DNA of 63,053 nt, counting the filler, from Aduncisulcus paluster (taxonomy: Eukaryota), in the NCBI GenBank assembly GCA_024181965.1. It is 31 parts of 31 records of this genome, joined end to end, with 100 filler letters (N's around TTAATTAATTAA, not from the genome) between each part and the next. Parts side by side here need not be neighbours in the genome. Positions count along the whole stretch, not along the records: positions 48,128 to 49,349 come from BQXS01010311.1; positions 49,450 to 50,760 come from BQXS01010312.1; positions 50,861 to 51,932 come from BQXS01010313.1; positions 52,033 to 53,463 come from BQXS01010314.1; positions 53,564 to 54,989 come from BQXS01010315.1; positions 55,090 to 56,315 come from BQXS01010316.1; positions 56,416 to 57,698 come from BQXS01010317.1; positions 57,799 to 60,241 come from BQXS01010318.1; 23 more parts are not named here. The stretch is one strand, 5' to 3'. Of this stretch, positions 48,128 to 58,851 are shown piece by piece. Position 1 is the stretch's first letter. Each line of letters begins with the position of its first letter. The notes beneath the pieces are model-generated. The model made no database searches. It saw only the letters and a program-made list of their open reading frames with translations, and was not told where the DNA came from. A program made the translations under genes and the position numbers.

Positions 48128-48874
48128 GATGATGCAATCCCGCAGCTTGCCAACAAGCTTTACAATCTCATGGCTGATAACGATCGCGACGTGACTCAGG
48201 ATAACAGCCTTGGATTCCTAGCTTTAGGCACTTTCTACGGTCAGACCAAGTCCGTGCCGCATCCCTCCGGTAAAATCATGAGTGGCGACAAGGAACTCGC
48301 TGCTTTTGAAACCAACGGCACCGCTCAGGTCACTGTCAAAGGCGATGAACCGCTTTCCATCGTGCTTGATGCAGCTCCAGAAGAAGGCACATTTGTATGG
48401 GCCATCAACAGCCGCGCAGTTCCGACCATTGAAAGCTGGAAGCCATATTCCAACGGTCTGGATATCAAACGTGAATTCCTGACCCGTGAAGGTGAACTGC
48501 TCGACTTGGGTGACATTAAGCAAGGCCAGCTCGTTGCCATGCGCACCGTGGTAACCTCCTCAGCCAAGCCTGTATCCAATGCAGTCATCAGCTGCCTGTT
48601 GCCGTCCGGTCTTGAGCCGGAGAACACCAAGCTTGCAACCCGCGAGGATCTGCCGTGGATTGCCAAGGGCAATGTTCAGCCTGATCACGTGGATATCCGC
48701 GATGACCGGGTACTGGTCTTTTCCAACATACCCGTCAAAGGCAAGGTCGAAAACGTGACTCTGCTCCGCGCCGTGACCCGTGGGGAATTCAAAGTGCCCC
48801 CGGTGCAGGTGGAAGGTATGTATGATCCTGAAAAATCAGCTGCTACCGCATTAGGTAAGATGATTATTAAATAA
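48128..48874 (+). CDS. yfhM: Bacterial alpha-2-macroglobulin C-terminus
   Basis: LLPSGLEPEN, DIRDDR, RAVTRGEF.VPP..VE.MY.P. Confidence 0.92.
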   Translation, partial: DDAIPQLANKLYNLMADNDRDVTQDNSLGFLALGTFYGQTKSVPHPSGKIMSGDKELAAFETNGTAQVTVKGDEPLSIVLDAAPEEGTFVWAINSRAVPTIESWKPYSNGLDIKREFLTREGELLDLGDIKQGQLVAMRTVVTSSAKPVSNAVISCLLPSGLEPENTKLATREDLPWIAKGNVQPDHVDIRDDRVLVFSNIPVKGKVENVTLLRAVTRGEFKVPPVQVEGMYDPEKSAATALGKMIIK

Positions 48875-48875
48875 G

Positions 48876-48960
48876 AATACCTCCGGCGGTTGGGGAAGGG
48901 AAACTTTTTGTAAAAAGTTTCCCTTCCCCAGACCCCATCCCTTCCAAAACTTTTAATAGT
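48876..48960. repeat. Intergenic REP-like palindrome (19-bp perfect inverted repeat, 48891-48930)
   Basis: TGGGGAAGGGAAACTTTTT-gt-AAAAAGTTTCCCTTCCCCA, preceded by CCTCCGGCGG. Confidence 0.8.
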
Positions 48961-48984
48961 ACAGTCGGTTAATAAAATTTCGTA

Positions 48985-49349
48985 ATGAGGAAGAAAATTC
49001 TTTTTATATTTGGTGGAGTGTTATTCTTCCTGATCGCGTCTTTTTTTGCGCTTGATTTTCTATTACCTTTCCCTGAACACAAGCTGCATCAGCCTGTTGC
49101 CTCGGTTGTAAAAGACCGTGACGGCAAAGTATTGCGTATTTTCCTGCCCCCGGACGGGGCGCGGCGCATGCATGCGGATTTTAATAATATTTCTCCGATC
49201 TTGAAGAAGACTTTGCTTGCTTCAGAAGACCAATGGTTCGAATATCATCCGGGAATTAATCCCATTTCCGTTGTCCGTGCTGCAATAATGAATATTGCCG
49301 CAGGGCGTGTTGTCTCCGGGGCCTCGACTATTCCCATGCAGATTGCGCG
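48985..49349 (+). CDS. pbpC: Penicillin-binding protein 1C, N-terminal fragment
   Basis: TM anchor, EDQWF..HPGINP, SGASTIPMQ; the usual position downstream of alpha-2-macroglobulin. Confidence 0.92.
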
Positions 49350-50006
49350 NNNNNNNNNNNNNNNNNNNNNNNNNNNNNNNNNNNNNNNNNNNNTTAATTA
49401 ATTAANNNNNNNNNNNNNNNNNNNNNNNNNNNNNNNNNNNNNNNNNNNNAGCATCTTGATGCCTTGTCTTGCTAGATCTTCTCAATATATGTTTGCTGTT
49501 GCCTTTTTCAGAAATTTCTATTGATTACCGTACACCTATTCCTCCCTACTCCTCGGTTCTTTAGTTACACACTATGTGCAACTTTTGTTCACTAGTTTTT
49601 TCACTACATTGTTTACTTGGTAGAGTTTGCCTTTCGGTGTCTTCGTCTCTATGCTGAATACACTACAATCAGTATCCTTCTTGTCTGAAACTTTATCGTA
49701 CTGCAGTCAGTCTGTTACCACCTAATATACCCTTTAATATCCTTCAATGCCTTTCTTTTCTCTTTTTATTTCTGTCTTTTTAGTATCTCCCCTTCCCTAA
49801 TAAATGCATCCGCCTGGCAGAATTGAATTCTATCTCCGGTAAAATGAGAACAAAACTAAAAATAGTTTCGGATTAATAATATTTATTAATAGTAATCTCT
49901 TAATTTATATTTAGAATTCCTAAAAATAGAGCAGATCGCTGGATGGTAATCAGCTCACAGAAGTGACACAGTCCCTGAATCATCCCTTTTTCTCGAATGT
50001 AATGAG

Positions 50007-50760
50007 ATGGAAAGAAAAATATATTGTCTAATTGGTTTATTATGTCTAATTATTGCATCTTCGTGCTATAATATTGCCTCTCCGGAGAGTATAGCTTCAG
50101 TTGTGCATTTTTCTCCTTCTGATGCCCAAGGAAAGAATGTATTGAATTCTATGAAAAATACTTTTTAGCTCCATGTAAAGAAGATATTGTTATTACTATT
50201 GATCTTGGAAATAAGCATGCTGTTGAAGGGATTAACATCCTCTCTAAAGAGATGTATAGCGGAACTGTAAAAGATTTTGAGATTTTAGTATCTCCTTGTC
50301 AAGTATATAGTCATGAATGCGAGTGGATTTCTAAGAAAAGGTTCACAGCTAAACCCACACACAAGAAACAGCATTTTTCTTTATTAACAAATGAAGGAAG
50401 ATTTTTAGAGACGAATCTCATTCGATTCAAGTGGTTATCACATCATGGAAGCGAAAGATTATGTACATTGACGCAAATCGAAGTCCAAGGTTGGAGCGGT
50501 GCTGATACTATCGAAAAGGCCATAAAAGATGCCGATAAATGGGTAAATGACATGAAAATGTTGATTATTGAGAATGACAAGCAGCATGATCACAACAATC
50601 TCCCCTCTTTATCCACTATTCCTGACTCTGCTGAGAAAGAGAAGAGAAACGGCTCCTTTTGGTATCGAGGCTTTACAAACAGCCTTGTTTCGTTCCCTTC
50701 AAGCTCCCATGATGCCAACAATAACCTTCCCAATGTTGATACCAAAGATAATAATGCATC
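50007..50760 (+). pseudogene. Mid-SUN domain protein (Slp1/SUCO-like) with a frameshift near 50150
   Basis: Signal peptide and YNIAS in one frame; YFLAPC..ITIDL..EMYSGTVKDF..SHHGSERLCTLTQIEVQG in the -1 frame. Confidence 0.75.
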
Positions 50761-50860
50761 NNNNNNNNNNNNNNNNNNNNNNNNNNNNNNNNNNNNNNNN
50801 NNNNTTAATTAATTAANNNNNNNNNNNNNNNNNNNNNNNNNNNNNNNNNNNNNNNNNNNN

Positions 50861-51553
50861 GGTTGACACGAGATGGAGGAGGGAAGGGACAATGCGAGCG
50901 AGCTCGAGGAGGAGAGTATCTCTGTGGTCAACTCCCCATGGATGAGCAAAACAATTGGAGAAGAACTGAATCCCATCCACGAGAATGGCAAAGGATTCAG
51001 TTCTCGCCAACTGCCCGCTCATCCATGGGGCACAGAGCAGGGACAGCTTACTGATAACCTCGTCTTCCGAAGCGACAGAAGTTATAACCACAAGAAAGGC
51101 AGCCAGAGTGTGGGCCCTGGAGAAGAGAGATGGGGAGAGGTCAGCTGAGATTTCTATCATCTCACCGGCGAGAGAGATGAAAAGGTCAGCGGAGGGGAGC
51201 TCAAAATCCTCGGCATGGGCATCAGCCACAATACCGAGGTTTCGCCAGAAAGTTGGCATGTCACGGGGCCTACGTTGGAGGGCGGCCACTGCGGCTGTCG
51301 CGGCGTCCGTGGCTGAGAGAGCAAGTGGTGCTGAGAGAATCCTTCTCTTTCCCTTTCCTTTTCCCCCATAAGAGGTACTAGAGGAGGATCGGGAAGAACT
51401 GGAAGAGGATCGGGAGGAACTGGAGGAGGATCGGGAGGAAGCGCCGCGGCGGGGAACGGCTATCTGCTTCTTCTTCTGGCCCTTAGCATCCGCCACGGTC
51501 TTTTTAGCAGTTTTTTCGGTAATCTTTTTACCAGTTTGTTTGGTGCGTGCCAT
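50861..51553 (-). CDS. Non-histone protein with a histone H3-like N-terminus, 3' truncated
   Basis: Starts MARTKQT; no histone fold in the 231 visible codons. Confidence 0.75.
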
Positions 51554-52797
51554 TTTGTAACAAAATTTAAGAATTTTTAAATTCTTTCTCCATTCGTTTG
51601 TTCGTACTATAAATTTAGGTAAATTATATCGTATATATATCCACTGTCTTATGAATTTATTTTATTGCCCAGTTCTTATATGGAAATTCTGATGTTGTGG
51701 GGGATATTGTAAAATTTGATTGAATTTCTCAGAACACCAGAGTTTTTATAAGCAAAAATATCGAAATGGCAAAAACCAGATACATTTTGCTTTATTTAAT
51801 GTTTTTTTATTCGTGGTGACTATTTTTTGTTTGTAAGTGAGCCACGGAAGGTACACATGTACCCACAAATAATTTAGCATTCTTTGGGGCCACATGAAAC
51901 ATAGGTCACACTCAAATCCCCATCAATGTAAANNNNNNNNNNNNNNNNNNNNNNNNNNNNNNNNNNNNNNNNNNNNTTAATTAATTAANNNNNNNNNNNN
52001 NNNNNNNNNNNNNNNNNNNNNNNNNNNNNNNNTATGTAAAATGATTGCCTTGGGTGTGTTTTCCAAGAAGAGATTTCTCGATATTAGTATATAACCTTCC
52101 AGAACTTCCGATAGTCGCTACAACTTCCATTACTCCCGAGGTTGTCAACATGATGTCCATATATCCATTTATTATGATTTGTATAAACGTAAAATAATTA
52201 ATAATGCTAATCCTCAGAACGCTATCTTGGATCAATGAGATTGACTGAGATGAGAACTCCATGGATAAATTTTCAAAAATTATCGTATTGAATCTATGCC
52301 TTGACAATGTTAATATTAATTAGTAATTAATAATTACCAATTGAAACAACTCATCAATTTAACTGAAATCTATGATATCAGCAAACGACTACTCCAACCA
52401 GATTCAGGATATCCAGCTATAAGGACCATTTTCCCTTCCATCGTTGTACAAATTATGTATATTATTTTCTTTCCATATCTTGCCGAAATATGCGAGATTG
52501 TCATGGGATTTATAGATATATCACTGCACTCACGACCCCAAACAATCTCAATCTTCCATTTCCCCCATCTTCCTTTACGCCACACACAAACAAGGTTTCC
52601 ACACGCGGAGAGATAGAAAGAGAAAATGGACGATCTTCCGGACAAAGATAGTGTGGGCTCAGTCAACGGAGAGAAGAGAGAATTTGGAGGTTGCTCAGAA
52701 CTTAAACGATGAGGAGAAGCCAAGAGAGCACTTCCCGAAGGTTCCATACTGCAATCTTTTTCAATAACAACACATTCTCCATCCAAAATCTCTCCGG

Positions 52798-52887
52798 TGT
52801 GGTAGTACGTATAATAAACGATTTACAATTTATTGATATGACAGTTCACCGAACGTGTCTATTTATAGATCCTGAGACATTACCACA
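52798..52887 (-). repeat. 90-bp 3' LTR after polypurine tract AAGAGGAGGA
   Basis: 7-bp terminal inverted repeats TGTGGTA/TACCACA, TATAAATA, AATAAA. Confidence 0.8.
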
Positions 52888-53089
52888 TCCTCCTCTTACT
52901 TTACGGGAGTATCTTCGATATCTCACGGTTCTACAAGGGTATCTTGATCAAAAGGGTTACAAGCGTAGCGTATAACACTGCGTTTGTGGTGTGTATAGCA
53001 CGTATCTCTGTCCTGTCGTTCTCTCTGAGGGGCTCTGCGTCCCTTTCTGGCACTGTTGTTCTCGGTTGCACGGCGTCCACCGGTCTTAT

Positions 53090-53437
53090 ACCTGTCACTG
53101 TACCTCTATCACTGTATCTGTCACTGCCACTGTCTCTGACCCTGTCACTGTCGCTGCTACGGACACTGTCTCTCACTCTGACTCTGGCTCTGTCACTGTG
53201 TCTGTCGCTGTCACTGTCACTGTCACTGTCTCTGCTACGGACACTGTCTCTGACACTGTCACTGTCTCTGACCCTGTTACTGTCACTGTCACTGTCACTG
53301 TCTCTGCTACGGACACTGTCTCTGACACTGTCACTGTCTCTGACCCTGTTACTGTCACTGTCACTGTCACTGTCTCTGCTACGGACACTGTCTCTGACAC
53401 TGTCACTGTCTCTGACTCTGTTACTGTCACTGTCACT
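53090..53437. repeat. Hexamer-based (CTGTCA) minisatellite with a 72-bp higher-order period
   Basis: GCTACGGACAC anchors at 53156, 53234, 53306 and 53378. Confidence 0.9.
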
Positions 53438-54337
53438 ATACCAGCACTCGGCTTGGTTGCGCTNNNNNNNNNNNNNNNNNNNNNNNNNNNNNNNNNNNNN
53501 NNNNNNNTTAATTAATTAANNNNNNNNNNNNNNNNNNNNNNNNNNNNNNNNNNNNNNNNNNNNAATGAAATGTAAAAAATTGTGCAAAAACATAAACACA
53601 ATAAAACATCATTTGCAACTTGATCCCACCTGGCAGAGTGGGATCAAAATGCATAAATCCAATGAAAGGCTGCCAGACACTTCCATTGGATTTAGTGATG
53701 TTGAGCAAAATTATTTAAAAAAATTCACGAAAATTTCTGGGTATGTATGTGCATAGAATGGGACTATCCGGAGCAAAAATTTATCTACATTAAAACCATA
53801 AATTATTTTACAATCAATAATAAGTATTATATGCTCATAACATCAGATAACTGCTCCCAAGTTATCTTCAAACTTTATAATGGTTTTAAAATCATAATTA
53901 AATGAATATAACATGGATTAATATTTTTTGGCCTTAATGTCTATCTTCAACCCTATATTCATCTGATAACAGAATTACTACGATTCAACCTTCAGTTATG
54001 CGGAATTACTTGTATTGGGATTTGCTTGGGATTTTGCAGATGAGAGCCGTATTTTCAAGTTCGGACAATTGCAATTTGCTACTCATTTTACAACGAGATA
54101 CAGAAAAATGCAGTTGCAAAATGTCCATAATTATTAATATTCTATTTTTAGAAATTTTTGTATTTTACAATTGAGTCTTGCGTTTCACATTTTATTTGCA
54201 AAATTCCACCTCCAAAAACATTTATTGTTCACCTCCCGGGGAGTTGTGGCACGTTCGCGAGATCGAAAATAGGCACACATCGATTTTTCGGGGTTTTTTA
54301 ACAAAGGAAGGTTTTCAACTACCGTAATCCGTCAATT

Positions 54338-54989
54338 ATGACGTTAACTGTTGGTTCGGAACGAGGCGTTTCCCTCGACCCCTACAAAGGTTTAGAACTC
54401 GAAAATATCAACAATATTATTTTATTTAACTTTTTGCTTAAAATTCTAGGTATAAATTCTGACGATGCAAAGCGAATTTATAACCTAGACGAAGAAACAT
54501 TTCGTAACTTTTATATACATGACTCAACAAGTACAAAAACAACTCTCTCAACTGTGGATTGGACTAGAAGTACCGATGAAGAAGTTTATTCCGACACTAC
54601 TATGCTCCCTACACTCCCAGCACCCAAATGGCAACTTTTGTTGAAAAAGATGGAGGAAAATCCAAAGGTAAGTTACTTTTGGCACAACCTGAGACAACAA
54701 TTTGGATGGAAGACGTCTATAGCGGATGCTCGTGAAAAACTATCCGTCCTGATGACTCAATGTCGAATGGAAGCGGAAAGGAAGGTCACAGAGGTGCAGG
54801 AGGCTTTGGAGGCGGAGAAAAAGAAGGAACTCCTCGACAAATCAGGGAAAATGTGTTACAAGGGCATTACACCCCCTAACAACAGATTAAATGGAGAGAA
54901 TATAAGAGCGACCCAACTTGTTGGAATCATGAAAGAAATATATCAAGAATCATCAAAATTACCAAAAAATCAGACCTTAACATACCAGG
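54338..54989 (+). CDS. Hypothetical protein, 3' truncated
   Basis: About 217 open codons; no recognisable domain. Confidence 0.55.
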
Positions 54990-55942
54990 NNNNNNNNNNN
55001 NNNNNNNNNNNNNNNNNNNNNNNNNNNNNNNNNTTAATTAATTAANNNNNNNNNNNNNNNNNNNNNNNNNNNNNNNNNNNNNNNNNNNNCCTTCAACACA
55101 ACGAATCGATTTATAGGGAATTCAGTTGAAATTCAATATAAATTAAGTTGTAAAATATATTGAATTACAGGAAAATAAAGGAGTGGTTACAAGTTTATTT
55201 CAGTTGTAAAAAATAGTATTTTAAGTTGTTAAAAACTATATTTTACAACTTAAAATTAAAAATACGTTTTAATGGGTATCTAATAAATTTTATTGTCTTA
55301 TTTTCTTAAATTTAATGTTGAAATGCTATTTAATGCATTCTACGAGCAGGAAAAAGAAAAATAAAATGACTGAAACAGATTTGCCTTTATTTTACTATAA
55401 AAATTTCTTAAATTATGAAAATTAAATAAAAAAACCAAAAAAAAAGAAAAATCGTTGGGGACCCCCCCTTTTTTACGAAATGAAACAGGAATACAGGGGG
55501 GGGTCACCGGGGGAAGCAAGGAGGGTCAAGGGGAGTAAAATAAATAATAAATATTAAGGCTTACGCCTCCCTTGGGTTGATCAGACCCAATGTCCATCTA
55601 AATTTGGAAAACGCCCGATACAAAAACCTTTCGAGATATGATGTTAAGAGTGTTATATCACAAAATTAAAAAAAAATTAATCAAAATAAATGAAAATTAA
55701 AAATAAAAAAATCATTTATTATGATGAAAAAAGTGGTCAATATCTATTATCGAAAATGATGTGGTAGCCTCACTGGTGTGCCATTATCATCGACTAAGTA
55801 AATAGTACGATTTAAACGAATTTTTTACATAATAATTACAATGTACATATTATAATATACATCCAATATAAATCATATATCAATTATACTACGAAATATT
55901 TTATTTATTTATTACATTTTATAATTATTTTATATTATCGTT

Positions 55943-56193
55943 ACCCTCCGTAGTCTAACTGGAAGACCGGCATCCTCTTATTCCGTAAACCCCGGGTTCG
56001 AATCTCGCTATCGGCCAATTTCGAGAGTAGAACAACCGGCAAGTACCGGGCAAACGATGCTACCCCAAAGGTTAAACTCGGTGTTCTTACCGTGAGATGT
56101 CGTCTATAGCCGATATTCGGAATTCTCACTGGCCTTGAATGCCCGATGTTAGATTGCAGCGTTAAGGGGGTTTGAAAGTTGTTTCAATTTTTT
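55943..56193 (+). ncRNA. Candidate Pol III transcript with a tRNA-like head (ncRNA or tRNA-derived SINE)
   Basis: A box TAGTCTAACTGG (55951), B box GGTTCGAATC (55995), T6 run (56188-56193), GC island in very AT-rich flanks, 5'/3' end pairing. Confidence 0.6.
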
Positions 56194-56415
56194 GTATATT
56201 TATTAATTAAGACTTAATATTTATCATTTTCTTGATCTAACAGGGATGATAAGTTTTGTTGAATCTATCCCCTCATACTTAAGTTGACCAGCTGTCGCCG
56301 CTTTTGTTTTCTCACNNNNNNNNNNNNNNNNNNNNNNNNNNNNNNNNNNNNNNNNNNNNTTAATTAATTAANNNNNNNNNNNNNNNNNNNNNNNNNNNNN
56401 NNNNNNNNNNNNNNN

Positions 56416-57189
56416 ACTATACTGTACTATACTGTACTATACTGTACTATACTGTACTATACTATACTGTACTATACTGTACTATACTGTACTATACTAT
56501 ACTATACTATACTATACTGTACTATACTGTACTATACTATACTGTACTATACTGTACTATACTGTACTATACTATACTGTACTATACTGTACTATACTAT
56601 ACTGTACTATACTGTACTATACTGTACTATACTTTACTATACTATACTATACTGTACTATACTGTACTATACTGTACTATNNNNNNNNNNNNNNNNNNNN
56701 TATACTGTACTATACTATACTATACTGTACTATACTATACTGTACTATACTGTACTATACTGTACTATACTGTACTATACTGTACTATACTGTACTATAC
56801 TATACTATACTGTACTATACTATACTGTACTATACTGTACTATACTGTACTATACTGTACTATACTATACTATACTGTACTATACTGTACTATACTGTAC
56901 TATACTGTACTATACTGTACTATACTGTACTATACTGTACTATACTGTACTATACTATACTGTACTATACTGTACTATACTATACTGTACTATACTATAC
57001 TGTACTATATATATATATATATACTGTACTATACTATACTGTACTATACTATACTATACTGTACTATACTGTACTATACTGTACTATACTGTACTATACT
57101 GTACTATACTATACTGTACTGTACTATACTGTACTATACTGTACTATACTGTACTATACTATACTATACTATACTGTACTATACTGTAC
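56416..57189. repeat. Pentamer satellite of mixed ACTAT/ACTGT units
   Basis: Directly visible. Confidence 0.98.
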
Positions 57190-57421
57190 ATTTTAATTTT
57201 AGGAGATTATAGCTCATCATCTCAAGGCAAGCTTTTTGCCCGTTAAATCTACATATTCACTGCATTTTAGCAGTTTTGAATATGTTTCACAATCACTATC
57301 ATAACGATAGAAAATTCCAATCTTAAATAATAATTATTTAAAATCAATTATATATTTGAGTGAAATCAGTAATATTTCTTCTTGAACCGCTCGAATCAGA
57401 TCTAATATTTCAAAAAATATT

Positions 57422-57698
57422 CAAAGAACAAAATCTCTCTTATTACTGGAAAGTTTAAATATTAAACCATGATTCAAGAATATTGTTTCAGTTTTTAAGC
57501 TATACTATTATGTAAATTAAATAATATTTATCACTACCAAATTAATCAAATTGATCTTATATTTTTGCTACAGTGTCAACAATGCCCAGACCTCAAAGAG
57601 CAACTGACCTACCAGAAGACGTTTTCAAGTGTTCTTGTCATCAATGCTGGAAGAGTTTCCAGAGTTTTTCAACGCATCAGAGGAAAGCAAGTTGCAGG
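57422..57698 (+). mobile_element. Second copy of the zinc-finger element 5' end (ATG 57582)
   Basis: Matches the reverse complement of 22904-23179 apart from one T indel. Confidence 0.8.
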
Positions 57699-57798
57699 NN
57701 NNNNNNNNNNNNNNNNNNNNNNNNNNNNNNNNNNNNNNNNNNTTAATTAATTAANNNNNNNNNNNNNNNNNNNNNNNNNNNNNNNNNNNNNNNNNNNN

Positions 57799-57953
57799 AT
57801 CTCATCAAGATCATATTTATTTAATATACTCTCAAATAATGAAGGTAAAATATCACTCGTTTTACCATCTTTAGAGAAAGTTTCTATATGTTCATTATCT
57901 TTATAAACACCTATTTGCAATGGACTAGAAATAGATATTACGAGTACTTTCAA
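57799..57953 (-). CDS. TsaB-like glycoprotease-family protein, N-terminal fragment
   Basis: ISISSPLQIGVY...GKTSDILP; follows lpxC as in Campylobacterota. Confidence 0.65.
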
Positions 57954-57954
57954 T

Positions 57955-58851
57955 TTAGACTGTTGCATATGCTTTCTCTAATGATTCCACTTCATCTTTA
58001 ATCTCTTCAAGATCAACTACTTCATAGTTAGAAGGATCTTCTAGTAACTTTTTTGTTAAAAGATGATTTAGATGATGACTCCCTGCATGTGCATTATATT
58101 CACCAATCATTGTATATCCTAAAAGAGACATATCACCAATTGCGTCCAAAATCTTATGTCTTACAAATTCATCATGATATCTTAATCCATCAGGGTTTAA
58201 TATCTTTTGATCATCTAAAACAATTGCATTGTCAAGACTTCCACCTTGTGCTAAACCTATACTTCTAAGATATTGCACTTCATGTAAAAAACCAAATGTT
58301 CTTGCTCGACTAATATTTTCTTTATACTCTTCAATTGAATAATCAAATCGAAATGATTGTTCTCCAATTGCAGGGTGTTCAAAATCGATTGAGAAATCAT
58401 AAATAATATGATTTGATGGTAAAAGTTTGGCAAATTTACCATCACTTTTCACTTCTACTTCTTTTTTCACACGAATCGCTTTTTTACTTTTTGTTTGTTC
58501 TTTAATACCAACTTCATCTAATAACATACAAAATCCGCTACTGCTACCATCTAAAATAGGAATCTCATCATTGTCTAAAACTACTCTTAAATTATCAATC
58601 CCATAGGCATAAATTGCAGACAGTAAATGTTCAATTGTAGATACAACTACATCATTTTTCCCTATTACAGTTGCCATTTGAGTGTCTATAACATACTCAG
58701 GTGATAATGGAATAGATATCGCTTCATCATTTCTGTAAAACACTATACCCATATTATCTTCTAAAGGCTCTAGTCTCATTTTTACAGGAACGCCTTTATG
58801 TAACCCTATTCCAACAATTTCTACACTTTTATTAATTGTTCTTTGTTTCAT
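57955..58851 (-). CDS. lpxC: UDP-3-O-acyl-N-acetylglucosamine deacetylase
   Basis: MKQRTI, GIGLH, TIEHLLSA, ARTFGF, HKILDAIGD. Confidence 0.98.
   Translation of the reverse strand: MKQRTINKSVEIVGIGLHKGVPVKMRLEPLEDNMGIVFYRNDEAISIPLSPEYVIDTQMATVIGKNDVVVSTIEHLLSAIYAYGIDNLRVVLDNDEIPILDGSSSGFCMLLDEVGIKEQTKSKKAIRVKKEVEVKSDGKFAKLLPSNHIIYDFSIDFEHPAIGEQSFRFDYSIEEYKENISRARTFGFLHEVQYLRSIGLAQGGSLDNAIVLDDQKILNPDGLRYHDEFVRHKILDAIGDMSLLGYTMIGEYNAHAGSHHLNHLLTKKLLEDPSNYEVVDLEEIKDEVESLEKAYATV

Noticed and set aside
49450-49810. Decayed non-LTR reverse transcriptase (GGIGVR) on the minus strand
   Set aside because: A single short motif among many stops is not enough for a call
51300-51553. Histone H3 or CenH3 gene
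   Set aside because: Only the first six residues match, and no histone fold is visible
52944-53519. LSLSL and TVTVS repeat ORFs in several frames
   Set aside because: Produced by a hexamer minisatellite lacking stops; the coding frame cannot be determined
55944-56017. Functional tRNA gene
   Set aside because: The D and T arms form, but the acceptor and anticodon stems do not
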